DNA of 64,000 nucleotides from Alphaproteobacteria bacterium. Its GTDB lineage: Bacteria; Pseudomonadota; Alphaproteobacteria; UBA6615. This document shows, in pieces, positions 1 through 9,397 of the stretch. The notes beneath the pieces were generated by a model. That model worked only from the letters and a program-made list of their open reading frames with translations. It did not search any database and was not told where the DNA came from. A program made the position numbers and the translations under genes. The stretch spans positions 13-64,012 of the forward strand of contig JAKUPN010000006.1 in the NCBI GenBank assembly GCA_022449545.1, in the 5' to 3' direction. Numbering within the stretch: the first letter of the stretch is position 1; each line of letters opens with the position of its first letter.

Positions 1-2
1 TT

Positions 3-218
3 TACGGAGGTGAGCAGACTGACGAGGCACTTAGACTCTGGCATTTTTCTGAAGTTAATTTTGCTGAAATAGCTGAAAATATGGGCGGAATTGGAATACG
101 TGTTGAAAAACCGTCTGATCTTCCTTCAGCTCTACAAAAAGCTTTTGAGGCAAAAGGACCTGTTATAATTGATGTTGTAACGGATATTGATGCGTTGGCG
201 CCGCTTGCAGTTGTTTGA
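3..218 (+). CDS. C-terminal fragment of a thiamine-pyrophosphate-binding (acetolactate synthase-like) protein; 5' end outside window
   Basis: My translation (absent from ORF track): YGGEQTDEALRLWHFSEVNFAEIAENMGGIGIRVEKPSDLPSALQKAFEAKGPVIIDVVTD...VV*, typical TPP-enzyme C-terminus; TGA at 216-218. Confidence 0.8.
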   Translation, partial: YGGEQTDEALRLWHFSEVNFAEIAENMGGIGIRVEKPSDLPSALQKAFEAKGPVIIDVVTDIDALAPLAVV

Positions 219-242
219 TGTCAGGGGATAATCTAGATAATA

Positions 243-1916
243 TTAGTTTTTTTTACCCCAGGTGTCCCTCAATGGAACGGTTCTATTGAATATGGGGTTG
301 TCTTTGGTGCTATCTATGTCTGCACAAAAATATCCTAATCTTTCAAATTGAATAGTTGTATTTGGTTTACTGTCCAATATTGAGGGTTCTACAAAACAAT
401 TGGATAAACTCTCTACTGAGTTGTTATTTATGTCTTCGATCCAATTACCATTCGACCCTGGTATGGCTTCTGTAAAGAGCTCGTTATAAAGATTAATCGT
501 AGCTTTTTTAGAATAATTTGCAGAGACCCAATGTAAAGTTCCCTTAACCTTGCGACCGTCAGGTGCGTTACCTCCTCGACTCTCAGGATCATAATGACAT
601 CTTAGTTCAATTATGTTTCCCTCTTTATCTTTTATTAACTCTTTACAAGTTATTAAATAGGCATACCTCAACCTTACTTCTCCACCAGGAATTAATCGAA
701 AAAACTTTTTAGTTGGGTTTTCCATAAAATCATCATGTTCAATATATATCTCTCTAGAAAATAATAACTTTCGAATACCGTCATTTTCGTTATTGGGGTT
801 ATTAATTGCTTCAAGTTCATCTTTAAAATCTGGGTCTTCAGGATAGTTTTCAATGACTATCTTTATTGGGTTTAAAACTGCCATGCGTCTTTGGGCGGTA
901 AGATTTAAATGTTCACGAATAGTGTTTTCAAAATAAGACATTTCCACAATCCCATCAGACTTTGTAATGCCAAGTCGCCCTACAAAGTCTCTTATGGCTG
1001 TGGGGGGAACACCTCTTCTTCGAAGGCCTGCTAATGTAGGCATCCTAGGATCATTCCAGCCTGAAACATAACCATCCTCTATTAATTTAAAAAGACGTCT
1101 TTTTGAAAGGATCGTATGGCTCAGATTTAATCTAGAAAATTCATATTGTTTAGGTTTAGAAGGTATAGGTAAATTTTCTAAAAACCATTCATAGAGGGGT
1201 CGATGGTCTTCAAATTCTAATGTACATAATGAATGTGTCACGTGTTCAATTGCATCAGATTGTCCATGACCAAAATCATACATAGGATATATACACCAAT
1301 CATTTTTAGTTCGTGGGTGATTAGCACGTATAATTCGATAGATTACAGGATCTCTAAGGTTCAAATTACCTGACTGCATGTCTATTTTGGCGCGTAGGGA
1401 CTTTTCTCCTTCTTCGTATTCGCCATTCTTCATGCGCTCAAGTAGATCAAGATTTTCTGCTATTGATCTGTTTCTTGTGGGGCTATCTACACCAGGTTCT
1501 GTCAAGGTTCCACGGTAAGCTCGCATTTCTTCTGGAGAAAGATCATCAACATAGGCTAAGCCTTTATTTACTAGTTCTATCGCCCAATCATATAGTTGGC
1601 CGAAGTAATCTGACGTGTAACGAATGTTATTTTCTGTATTAAAACCTAGCCAGTCTACGTCAAATTTTATTGCATCAATGTATCTCTGATCTTCTTTTGT
1701 AGGATTTGTATCATCAAATCTAAGATTACAGAGGCCCTTAAACTCCTCTGCAACGCCAAAATTTAGGCAAATGGATTTAGCGTGACCTATATGTAGGTAC
1801 CCATTTGGTTCCGGGGGAAAACGAGTAACGATTTTTTCGTGTATATTTTCTGATATATCATCTCGGATTATTTCACGAATAAAGTCGTTTTTCTGAGATG
1901 GATTCTTTTCGTTCAT
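243..1916 (-). CDS. glnS: Glutamine--tRNA ligase
   Basis: TRFPPEPNGYLHIGHAKSICLNFG (HIGH), LRFDDTNP, HSLCTLEF, LSKR, QFERLGYF; 557 aa. Confidence 0.97.
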   Translation of the reverse strand: MNEKNPSQKNDFIREIIRDDISENIHEKIVTRFPPEPNGYLHIGHAKSICLNFGVAEEFKGLCNLRFDDTNPTKEDQRYIDAIKFDVDWLGFNTENNIRYTSDYFGQLYDWAIELVNKGLAYVDDLSPEEMRAYRGTLTEPGVDSPTRNRSIAENLDLLERMKNGEYEEGEKSLRAKIDMQSGNLNLRDPVIYRIIRANHPRTKNDWCIYPMYDFGHGQSDAIEHVTHSLCTLEFEDHRPLYEWFLENLPIPSKPKQYEFSRLNLSHTILSKRRLFKLIEDGYVSGWNDPRMPTLAGLRRRGVPPTAIRDFVGRLGITKSDGIVEMSYFENTIREHLNLTAQRRMAVLNPIKIVIENYPEDPDFKDELEAINNPNNENDGIRKLLFSREIYIEHDDFMENPTKKFFRLIPGGEVRLRYAYLITCKELIKDKEGNIIELRCHYDPESRGGNAPDGRKVKGTLHWVSANYSKKATINLYNELFTEAIPGSNGNWIEDINNNSVESLSNCFVEPSILDSKPNTTIQFERLGYFCADIDSTKDNPIFNRTVPLRDTWGKKN

Positions 1917-1987
1917 TTTGTTGTATTAGTTTCGTACTTTATTGACTGGATGTCTTTTACACTAAGTGATTAAAAAAAGTATTTCTG

Positions 1988-2560
1988 TTATTCTTTTACG
2001 CGCATGACTTTTAATGCATTAGCCCATCTTGCTAGCTCGGGAAGCAAGATTTTTGCTGATTCAATATGTATTTCTTTTGGAAGGAAAACACCATCATTAA
2101 TGTGTTCTGATACCATTGGAATTGGAACAGCCTCAAAAATTGGAACAACTCTAAATGTAGTTAGTAAAAGTTTTTCCATTTGTACTCCCCTTAAACCTCC
2201 TGAAACACCCCCATAGCTAACAAATGCGGCAGGCTTATAATGCCACTCTGACGCTAAATAGGTCAAAGCATTAACAAATGATGGTGGGGGTCCATAATTA
2301 TATTCTGGGGTTACAAAAACATAAGCATCAGCAGCGTCTACGCTTTTGCTCCACACTTTAGTTTCTTCGTTTTCGTATTCGCCATACCTGGGATGTTTTG
2401 GTTCATTAAAAACAGGCAGGTTGAAGTCGAGAAGGTCAATATTTGTGACATCATAAACATGATCAAATTCATTTGATGCATAGTCAACAAACCATTTTGC
2501 TATTGCTGGTCCAATTCTTGTCGGCCGAGTGCTCACGGTTATGACATTTAACTTAAGCAT
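1988..2560 (-). CDS. NADPH-dependent FMN reductase family protein
   Basis: STRPTRIG, FVTPEYNYG, VSYGGVSGGLR motifs. Confidence 0.92.
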   Translation of the reverse strand: MLKLNVITVSTRPTRIGPAIAKWFVDYASNEFDHVYDVTNIDLLDFNLPVFNEPKHPRYGEYENEETKVWSKSVDAADAYVFVTPEYNYGPPPSFVNALTYLASEWHYKPAAFVSYGGVSGGLRGVQMEKLLLTTFRVVPIFEAVPIPMVSEHINDGVFLPKEIHIESAKILLPELARWANALKVMRVKE

Positions 2561-2601
2561 TTAATCTAAACTCCCATCTATTTTGTAGCATTTGTCTAAA
2601 G

Positions 2602-2629
2602 AAAAGCCCGGCTTACTAGCCGGGCTTTT
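2602..2629 (-). terminator. Intrinsic terminator hairpin after the VOC dioxygenase gene (A/T tails on both sides)
   Basis: AAAAGCCCGGCT-TACT-AGCCGGGCTTTT perfect inverted repeat. Confidence 0.8.
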
Positions 2630-2647
2630 AGCTTATTAAGACTTCGG

Positions 2648-3607
2648 CTAAGGGCTTACATGCTCTATGAACCTCATGGGAGCTGGTTCACCCCATTGGG
2701 AACCAAATCCCTCCTCAGCTGAAACAAGTTTAGTTCCATAATCAGTATTTAATACATCTGTATCACACCAATGTTCGTGAACTCTATCCCACGGATCCAT
2801 CCAATAATCATAGATTTGGCTTCCCAATACATGTCTGCCTAACCCCCAGACGTGATCGTAGCCTTTTTCTTTGAGATGCTCGTGTCCCATGACAACGTCA
2901 TCAAAGTCTTGTACTTCGTAAGAAAGATGATTTAGTCCGGCTCTTTCATTGTGAACAAAGAGAAAAACGTGGTGATCTACAAATTCTGTTCCTGCGTCAA
3001 TTCGATTGAAACTTGCAATAACTTTATTTTTATCATCCTCAACATAAACTTCATCTGTGCCAACCAGACCAATATGGTGACGCATCCAAGATATTGATTC
3101 AGTTAGTTTTGGGGTGCCTATAACTCCGTGACCTATTCTTTTGGGTTGTGAAGGGCCTTTTGGTTTTCTCCAAAGTTCACCAGCGCGTGCCCGTTTATCT
3201 ACATTTCCAAGGTTATAAGCATGCCGTTCTACCTTGATTGGATCTAAGTCTTCAATACCCCAGACTACTTCTATTCCATATCCGTTTGGCTCTGTTAATA
3301 TAACTCTTTTACCGCCTCCGGGTTCGTCTATCTCATGCACGTCACTAGCGGTCTCTGCTTCAGCTGCCAGTTTATGAAGATCTTCTTCACAAGCGGCATT
3401 AAAAGCTAAACTCACAAAACCCGGATCACCTTTTTCTGTGACGTGAATATGATGATCAGGATCTGTACCACGCATATATAATGCATCATTAGTTCTTTCT
3501 GCGCGAACCATTCCGAAGTTAGTGAGAAACTCTTCCTGTAAGTCTAGATCAGGCGACTTAATTCTTCCCCAAGCTATGTCGGTCACCTTTATAATTGGCT
3601 CAGCCAT
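2648..3607 (-). CDS. VOC-family extradiol-type dioxygenase, 2,4,5-trihydroxytoluene-oxygenase-like
   Basis: Two VOC domains; RIGHGV, DHHVF, LNHLSYEV, WGLGRHVLGSQIYDYWMDPW..HEH metal-binding pattern. Confidence 0.8.
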   Translation of the reverse strand: MAEPIIKVTDIAWGRIKSPDLDLQEEFLTNFGMVRAERTNDALYMRGTDPDHHIHVTEKGDPGFVSLAFNAACEEDLHKLAAEAETASDVHEIDEPGGGKRVILTEPNGYGIEVVWGIEDLDPIKVERHAYNLGNVDKRARAGELWRKPKGPSQPKRIGHGVIGTPKLTESISWMRHHIGLVGTDEVYVEDDKNKVIASFNRIDAGTEFVDHHVFLFVHNERAGLNHLSYEVQDFDDVVMGHEHLKEKGYDHVWGLGRHVLGSQIYDYWMDPWDRVHEHWCDTDVLNTDYGTKLVSAEEGFGSQWGEPAPMRFIEHVSP

Positions 3608-3793
3608 TTTCTCACTCCATATTTCTTTTTTTATTCAGTTTTAAATATGTTAGTTTTTGTATTTATTAGTTATTGTTATAGTTAAGTTAAGAAAAGAATA
3701 AAATCAGTTTTACCAAAATAACCATTAAATTATAGAGATAATAACGCCAGTTGAGCACGAAGGCATTATAAATTTCAAATATTGAGTATAAAT

Positions 3794-4414
3794 ATGTTTA
3801 TTGATCCTGCAATTAATATGAAGCCTGAGCCGTTATTGTATAATCCATTCAAGGCTTTAGTAGTGCCCCGGCCTATTGGTTGGATAAGCACTATTAGTTC
3901 AACAGGAGCCGTTAACCTTGCGCCATATAGCTTTTTTAATGGTGTGGCCGATGATCCGCCATGTGTTATGTATTGTCCCAATGGCTCACATCCAGAAGGC
4001 GGGCCAAAAGATAGTTTAAGAAATGTTGAGGAAACGGGGGAATTTGTTTTCAATCTTTGTAATTGGGATTTACATAAAAAGATGAATTTGACTGCTGAAC
4101 ATTTACCTAGAAATGTTGACGAGATGACAAAATCAGGCTTAGAGCCAATGAGTTGCAATAAAGTTAAACCTCCTCGTGTTGCTGTTGCCCCTGCTGCGTT
4201 TGAATGTAGATATTTAGAAACGGTTAAATTGCCAATTGGGCGCAGTGGAAGAGAAAACAATCTGGTGCTTGGAGAGGTGGTTGGAATACATATTGATGAA
4301 TCTGTTATAAATGATGGAATGGTTGATATTAGTTTGTTAAAACCAGTCGCAAGATTGGGCTATATGGATTATACAGTCGTGACTGAATCTTTTACTATGG
4401 AACGTCCTGACTAA
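3794..4414 (+). CDS. Flavin reductase family protein (DIM6/NTAB)
   Basis: VVPRPIGWIST, NLAPYSFFN, KDSLRNVEETGEFVFN, PVARLGYMDY; ATG 3794 preferred over TTG 3782. Confidence 0.9.
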   Translation: MFIDPAINMKPEPLLYNPFKALVVPRPIGWISTISSTGAVNLAPYSFFNGVADDPPCVMYCPNGSHPEGGPKDSLRNVEETGEFVFNLCNWDLHKKMNLTAEHLPRNVDEMTKSGLEPMSCNKVKPPRVAVAPAAFECRYLETVKLPIGRSGRENNLVLGEVVGIHIDESVINDGMVDISLLKPVARLGYMDYTVVTESFTMERPD

Positions 4415-4564
4415 TTATTGCTATATAAATTTTATTGAATTTTATTGAGAATATAAATTATATAGTGATTTAGAGACAATTATTAATTCAGGATTGAAAA
4501 AACAGATAACTTTTATACCTCGACTTAATGTATTTTGCGAAGGTATCAGACCAGGAGAGATTAT

Positions 4565-4888
4565 ATGAGGGGACCACAAGATTATGGCGGATTGCCTGCA
4601 GGGCTGGTTGACCCTGTCAAGAATGAGCATGAGCCTACTCACTGGGAAAGACGTGTTGACGCAATTATGTTACTTCTTTTTGATCCCAAGAGAAGATTGG
4701 CGCGAGTGGATGAATCACGTCGTATGCAAGAAGCTCTGGGAGATGATTATCATAAATATCCTTATTATGAACGCTGGTTGCAAGCTATTACATGGCTGCT
4801 GCTTGAAAAAGGAGTTTTCTCACAAGAAGAGCTTGATAAAAAGAGAGAAGAAGTAAGAGCTAGACTAGAGGCTGAAAGAAATGGATAG
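4565..4888 (+). CDS. Nitrile hydratase beta N-terminal-like subunit (thiocyanate hydrolase beta/ScnB-like)
   Basis: MRGPQDYGG, WERRVDA, DESRR, YYERWL, EKGVFSQEEL; AGGAG RBS just before ATG 4565. Confidence 0.85.
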   Translation: MRGPQDYGGLPAGLVDPVKNEHEPTHWERRVDAIMLLLFDPKRRLARVDESRRMQEALGDDYHKYPYYERWLQAITWLLLEKGVFSQEELDKKREEVRARLEAERNG

Positions 4889-5165
4889 TAAGTTTAGCCC
4901 AGGAGATAAAGTTCGAGTAATGGAGCGCAGTCAACCTGGGCATGTTAGAACACCTATGTATGTTCGTGGCAAATCGGGAGTGATAGAAAGGATAGTAGGT
5001 CCCCAACCTAATCCTGAGACATTGGCATATGGCCAGTCCGGACTTCCTTATAAAATGCTTTATAGAGTCAATTTTTCACAAAAAGTATTGTGGCCTGATT
5101 ATGAGGGTGAAGATAATGATTCTCTTGAAATTGAGATCTATGAGCATTGGCTAGAGCAGGTATAG
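4881..5165 (+). CDS. Nitrile hydratase beta C-terminal SH3-like subunit (thiocyanate hydrolase alpha/ScnA-like)
   Basis: FSPGDKVRV, GHVRTPMYVRGKSGVI, NPETLAYG, LYRVNF, IEIYEHWLE; 8-nt overlap with upstream gene. Confidence 0.88.
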   Translation: MDSKFSPGDKVRVMERSQPGHVRTPMYVRGKSGVIERIVGPQPNPETLAYGQSGLPYKMLYRVNFSQKVLWPDYEGEDNDSLEIEIYEHWLEQV

Positions 5166-5198
5166 TTTAATAAATTTATATAATATGAGAGAAAAAAA

Positions 5199-5849
5199 AT
5201 GAGCGAACATCATCACGATCATCTAAATGCTACGCACACTCATGATGGTAAACCGATCCAGAACGATGAGCCACCTTCTATTGAGGCAGAATCTCTTGAA
5301 ACTGCTGTAAGAGAATTGTTGATGGAAAAGGGTGTGATAACTGCTGATGAATTACGTGGCGCTATTGAAACACAGGAACAAAGGAGACCCGAGCTTGGTG
5401 CGAAAATCATTGCACGTGCATGGGTTGATGAAGACTTCAAACAAAAATTATTGAGTCATGGAGATATGGCTGTTCGTTCCTTTGGTGTAGACATGAAGCC
5501 CACTGAACTATGTGTCGTAGAAAACACAGAGGAGGTTCATAACTTGGTTGTTTGCACTTTATGTTCTTGTTATCCGAGAGCTATTTTAGGGATTCCTCCG
5601 GCGTGGTACAAACGCAGGGATTATAGGTCCAGAGCCGTGCGTGAGCCAAGATCTGTTTTATCTGAGTTCGGTACAATTATTTCAGAAGATAGACAGGTAA
5701 GAGTGCATGATAGTAATGCCGATTTGCGTTACTTGGTGCTTCCGAGGCGTCCCCCTGGAACCGATGATTGGAGCGAAGAAGACTTGACCGAGTTAATTAC
5801 CAGAGACAGCATGATAGGTGTGTCTGAGGCGATTACTCCCGGTGAGTGA
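5199..5849 (+). CDS. Co-type nitrile hydratase alpha / thiocyanate hydrolase gamma (ScnC-like) catalytic subunit
   Basis: VVCTLCSCYPR metal-binding motif, ARAWVD, RSRAVREPR, TRDSMIGV; His-rich N-terminus. Confidence 0.92.
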   Translation: MSEHHHDHLNATHTHDGKPIQNDEPPSIEAESLETAVRELLMEKGVITADELRGAIETQEQRRPELGAKIIARAWVDEDFKQKLLSHGDMAVRSFGVDMKPTELCVVENTEEVHNLVVCTLCSCYPRAILGIPPAWYKRRDYRSRAVREPRSVLSEFGTIISEDRQVRVHDSNADLRYLVLPRRPPGTDDWSEEDLTELITRDSMIGVSEAITPGE

Positions 5850-6045
5850 TTTGATGACTAATATCTTCATTGATTAATATCCCTAACATTTATATTGAAT
5901 CATCTAGTAATTAGTGATTCTATGTAGCCAAGAATCATACTTTATTTAATCTTCATTAAGGTTTGTGAAAGATTACTTGTTTAGTCAACTAACTAGTATG
6001 ATTAATTGAATATAATTAATAACCCTACAAAAGTTCTGTGATCTT

Positions 6046-7404
6046 ATGAAAAAGTTTTTCAGTACGAAAAATAGACTGATCGAATTGATTTCAACTCATT
6101 TAAGACTGATTTGTATGTCAGTGGTATTTGTGGGGTTTTTATTATGGGGGTATTTGATAACAGATATAAATCTGACTAATAAAAAAGAATTAGATCAACA
6201 GCAAACTAAAATAGCTGATAGCCTTAAGTCTATAAATAAAATTGAAAACGTAATATCTGGTCTCAATGATAGAGTGACAGAAACGAATAAGAAGAGAGCT
6301 GATGATATTGCTAATTTAAATAAATCTCTTTCAAGTAAATCTAATTTAGAAAAAGAAATTGTTCGTTTAAAAAAATTAGGTGAAAGAAAGGATTTTACAA
6401 TAGCTAAGGTTTTAAATGAACTAGACAAAACCAACATACGCGAAAAAGAAAATGTTAAACGTTTAGCGAGTTTCACTGAAATTAATTCTTTACTTATCAA
6501 AGAGAGGAACAAACTTCGTAAAGAAGTTGAAAATAAGAGTGTTCTGTTAGAAGAAACCAATAAGAGATTAAAGAAAACTGACGATAACAATAACACCTTA
6601 TTACAACGCTTGAAGAAATCCCGAAAGACAACATCTACATTATTGCTTCGAAAGTCTGATAAAACACACAACTCAAAACATGAAAGTGCTTTAATCGAAA
6701 AGTATAATAATCGTTACAGTTCCGCCGATATATCTAAAGAGGGGGTTTTATCAAGGCTATATCAAATTACTGATAAGACAGTTGAATCTTTAGAAAGGGC
6801 TTTGCAGGTATCAGGGTTAAATTCTAACTTGTTGATAAAAAGGGCGTTGTCTAAAGAAGATTATTTTATTAGTGGTCGGGGTGGGCCATTCATTAAATTA
6901 AATGATAAATTTGACAAAAATTTAAAAATTACTTTTGTAGAACCTGAACATAAAGTAATTAGATTAATAGGGCTCCAAGAAGTAATGAAACGGATTCCAT
7001 TAGCCGCGCCGCTAGATGAGCTGCGTGTAAGTAGTGGTTTTGGAAAACGAATAGATCCATTCACAAACCAATTAGCAATGCATCCAGGTATAGATTTTGC
7101 CTCCAGAAACACAAGCACTATTTTTGTAACTGCACCAGGAGTTGTGACTTTTGTTGGGTGGAATGGCGGGTTTGGAAAAATGGTAGAAGTTGATCACGGA
7201 TTGGGAATTACTACTAGGTATGCGCATTTATCAAAAATATTCGTAAAACCTGGTCAGAAATTAAAATTTAGAGAAAGATTAGGACAGGTTGGCAATACAG
7301 GCAGAAGTACTGGATCTCATTTACATTATGAGATTTTATTTGATGGGAAAGAAATGGATCCTCAAAGATTCCTCAGAGCCGGCCAGTATCTTTTCAAGAC
7401 ATAG
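6046..7404 (+). CDS. Membrane-anchored coiled-coil M23 peptidase (LmdC-like peptidoglycan endopeptidase)
   Basis: N-terminal hydrophobic helix, long K/E/N-rich coiled coil, SSGFGKRIDPF, HPGID (HxxxD), TGRSTGSHLHYE (HxH). Confidence 0.88.
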   Translation: MKKFFSTKNRLIELISTHLRLICMSVVFVGFLLWGYLITDINLTNKKELDQQQTKIADSLKSINKIENVISGLNDRVTETNKKRADDIANLNKSLSSKSNLEKEIVRLKKLGERKDFTIAKVLNELDKTNIREKENVKRLASFTEINSLLIKERNKLRKEVENKSVLLEETNKRLKKTDDNNNTLLQRLKKSRKTTSTLLLRKSDKTHNSKHESALIEKYNNRYSSADISKEGVLSRLYQITDKTVESLERALQVSGLNSNLLIKRALSKEDYFISGRGGPFIKLNDKFDKNLKITFVEPEHKVIRLIGLQEVMKRIPLAAPLDELRVSSGFGKRIDPFTNQLAMHPGIDFASRNTSTIFVTAPGVVTFVGWNGGFGKMVEVDHGLGITTRYAHLSKIFVKPGQKLKFRERLGQVGNTGRSTGSHLHYEILFDGKEMDPQRFLRAGQYLFKT

Positions 7405-7454
7405 AATTAGCGAAATAATATATTTAGATCTTGTCTAGCTATTAACTTAATAAA

Positions 7455-8456
7455 CTATTTTATAACTTTTGAATAAAACACAGGATCAACATTGGCTCCT
7501 GATAATATAACTACGCTAGTTAGTTTAGAGAAATGTTTTTTATGCTTTAGAATAGCAGCTAAGGCTACTGCACCACTTGGCTCAACGACAAGCTTAAGAT
7601 ATTTCCAGGAAAAAGACATCGCTTTTATTACGTCTTCATCTGTAACGGCAATGCCACCCGAAACTAATTCTTTGTTAATGGAAAAGGTTAGGTTACCTGG
7701 GCTCTGTGCCAGTAGAGCATCACAAATGGACTTTGTTTTAATCTTATTTTTTAATATTTTTCTTTCTTTGAGTGATCGAGTTGTATCATCATAACCAACT
7801 GGTTCTACAACAATAATCTCGGAAGCTGGGGATTTTTCACTGACAACTGTGGCTATGCCGGCAGTAAGTCCACCACCTCCGCAGCATATTAATATTCTGT
7901 TGGCATATAGGCCTATTCTATCTAGTTTATCTATTATTTCGGCACCTACAGTTCCTTGCCCGGATATTGTCCACGGGTGGTCGTAGGGAGGTATAATGGT
8001 GGAGCCTGTTTTTTTAGAAAAATTACTGGCTATCTCTTCACGGTTTTCTTTTTCTCGTTCGAAGGTTATTACTTCAGCACCTAGAATACGCGTTTGATTT
8101 AATTTTATGCTTGGTGCATCTGAAGGCATTATTATTGTAGACTTGATTTTTAGTAGCTTTGCGGCAGCAGCGACACCCTGAGCATGATTTCCTGATGAAT
8201 ATGCTACTACTCCATTTTTCTTATGACTTTCATTTAGTTGAGCTAGAAAATTATAGGCACCTCGAAATTTAAATGAACCAGTGTGTTGTAAAGTCTCCGC
8301 TTTGAGAAAAACTCTTCCGCCTACTAGTTCATTCAAATAGTTATTTTCAATTAATGGAGTTTTAACCGCAATATTATATAGGCGTTTTGATGCTGCTAAT
8401 ACGTCTTCATAACTGGGGCGGGCTTTAGATAAAGGATCCATCTTTAAATCACTCAA
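7455..8456 (-). CDS. PLP-dependent threonine/serine dehydratase family protein
   Basis: TGSFKFRGA, SSGNHAQG, CGGGGL, EPSGA, SGANVD; no ACT domain. Confidence 0.9.
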   Translation of the reverse strand: MSDLKMDPLSKARPSYEDVLAASKRLYNIAVKTPLIENNYLNELVGGRVFLKAETLQHTGSFKFRGAYNFLAQLNESHKKNGVVAYSSGNHAQGVAAAAKLLKIKSTIIMPSDAPSIKLNQTRILGAEVITFEREKENREEIASNFSKKTGSTIIPPYDHPWTISGQGTVGAEIIDKLDRIGLYANRILICCGGGGLTAGIATVVSEKSPASEIIVVEPVGYDDTTRSLKERKILKNKIKTKSICDALLAQSPGNLTFSINKELVSGGIAVTDEDVIKAMSFSWKYLKLVVEPSGAVALAAILKHKKHFSKLTSVVILSGANVDPVFYSKVIK

Positions 8457-8462
8457 AATCTC

Positions 8463-9149
8463 TTAAGTTAGATCATCAAGAGAGTTTATTATCAAATCTG
8501 GTTGATAAGGTAATTTCTCAGAAATTAGTCTATTTCTATTAACCCAAACACTATAAAAGCCAAAACTTTTAGCTCCCGCCACGTCCCAATTATTAGCTGA
8601 AACAAAACAAACATCACTTTTATTAATTTTTAGTTTATCAATTACCAGTTGATAAACTAAAGGACTGGGTTTGTAGATCTCTATATCATCAATGGAAATA
8701 GTTAAGTCGATTAAGCTGTCCAAACCAGAGTTTTTAATCACTTCATTAAGCATTTGGTGTGTGCCGTTTGATAGTATGGCTATTTTACAGTCTTTTCTTC
8801 TTAAAGAGTTAAGGGAGTGATTTACTTCGTGAAATGTCTTCAATTTAAGGTATAGATTCATGAGTTGAGAATGCATTTTAGAGTTATTTATACCGACGGA
8901 TTCCATTGCATAATTTAACGCCTCTTTGGTGATTATCCAAAAGTCGGAATAGGAGCCCATCATACTATGAAGCCAAGTATATTGAATTTGTTTTTCTCTC
9001 CATATTTTAGAGAGCTCTTCTGATCTATCACCTATAATGTGATTGTATTCTCTTACAGCAGAGTGGAAATCAAACAATGTGCCGTAAGCATCAAAGACAT
9101 ATGCTTGATAACTAATTGTGTTATCAGAGTTTTCATGACTATATGACAC
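8463..9149 (-). CDS. L-2-haloacid dehalogenase (HAD type II)
   Basis: FDAYGTLFD, WREKQIQYTW, ILSNGT, YKPSP..Y, VSANNWDVAGA. Confidence 0.9.
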   Translation of the reverse strand: MSYSHENSDNTISYQAYVFDAYGTLFDFHSAVREYNHIIGDRSEELSKIWREKQIQYTWLHSMMGSYSDFWIITKEALNYAMESVGINNSKMHSQLMNLYLKLKTFHEVNHSLNSLRRKDCKIAILSNGTHQMLNEVIKNSGLDSLIDLTISIDDIEIYKPSPLVYQLVIDKLKINKSDVCFVSANNWDVAGAKSFGFYSVWVNRNRLISEKLPYQPDLIINSLDDLT

Positions 9150-9397
9150 AAGTAATACCTTTCTATAAAAAGAGTATTTTGACGATAATGTTAACTTTCT
9201 TTAGTGAATACTGGTAGTTGAATAAAGCATAGAATCAAGTAATTATTTGTCGTTTACAGGATTAAGTAGGTAAATTATTACTATAACTTGATTTCATAAT
9301 TTCATCTAACCCTTGTAGGGTGCTAATCTTCTGGGTATCGTCAAAGTATTATATTTCTGGCAATATAGGTTTAATGGCGAGACTCTAGGAGAAGAAT

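Noticed and set aside
4565..5165. Frameshifted pseudogene of a single NHase beta subunit
   Set aside because: Both halves have proper starts and stops with an 8-nt overlap, and the split falls at the same domain boundary as in thiocyanate hydrolase
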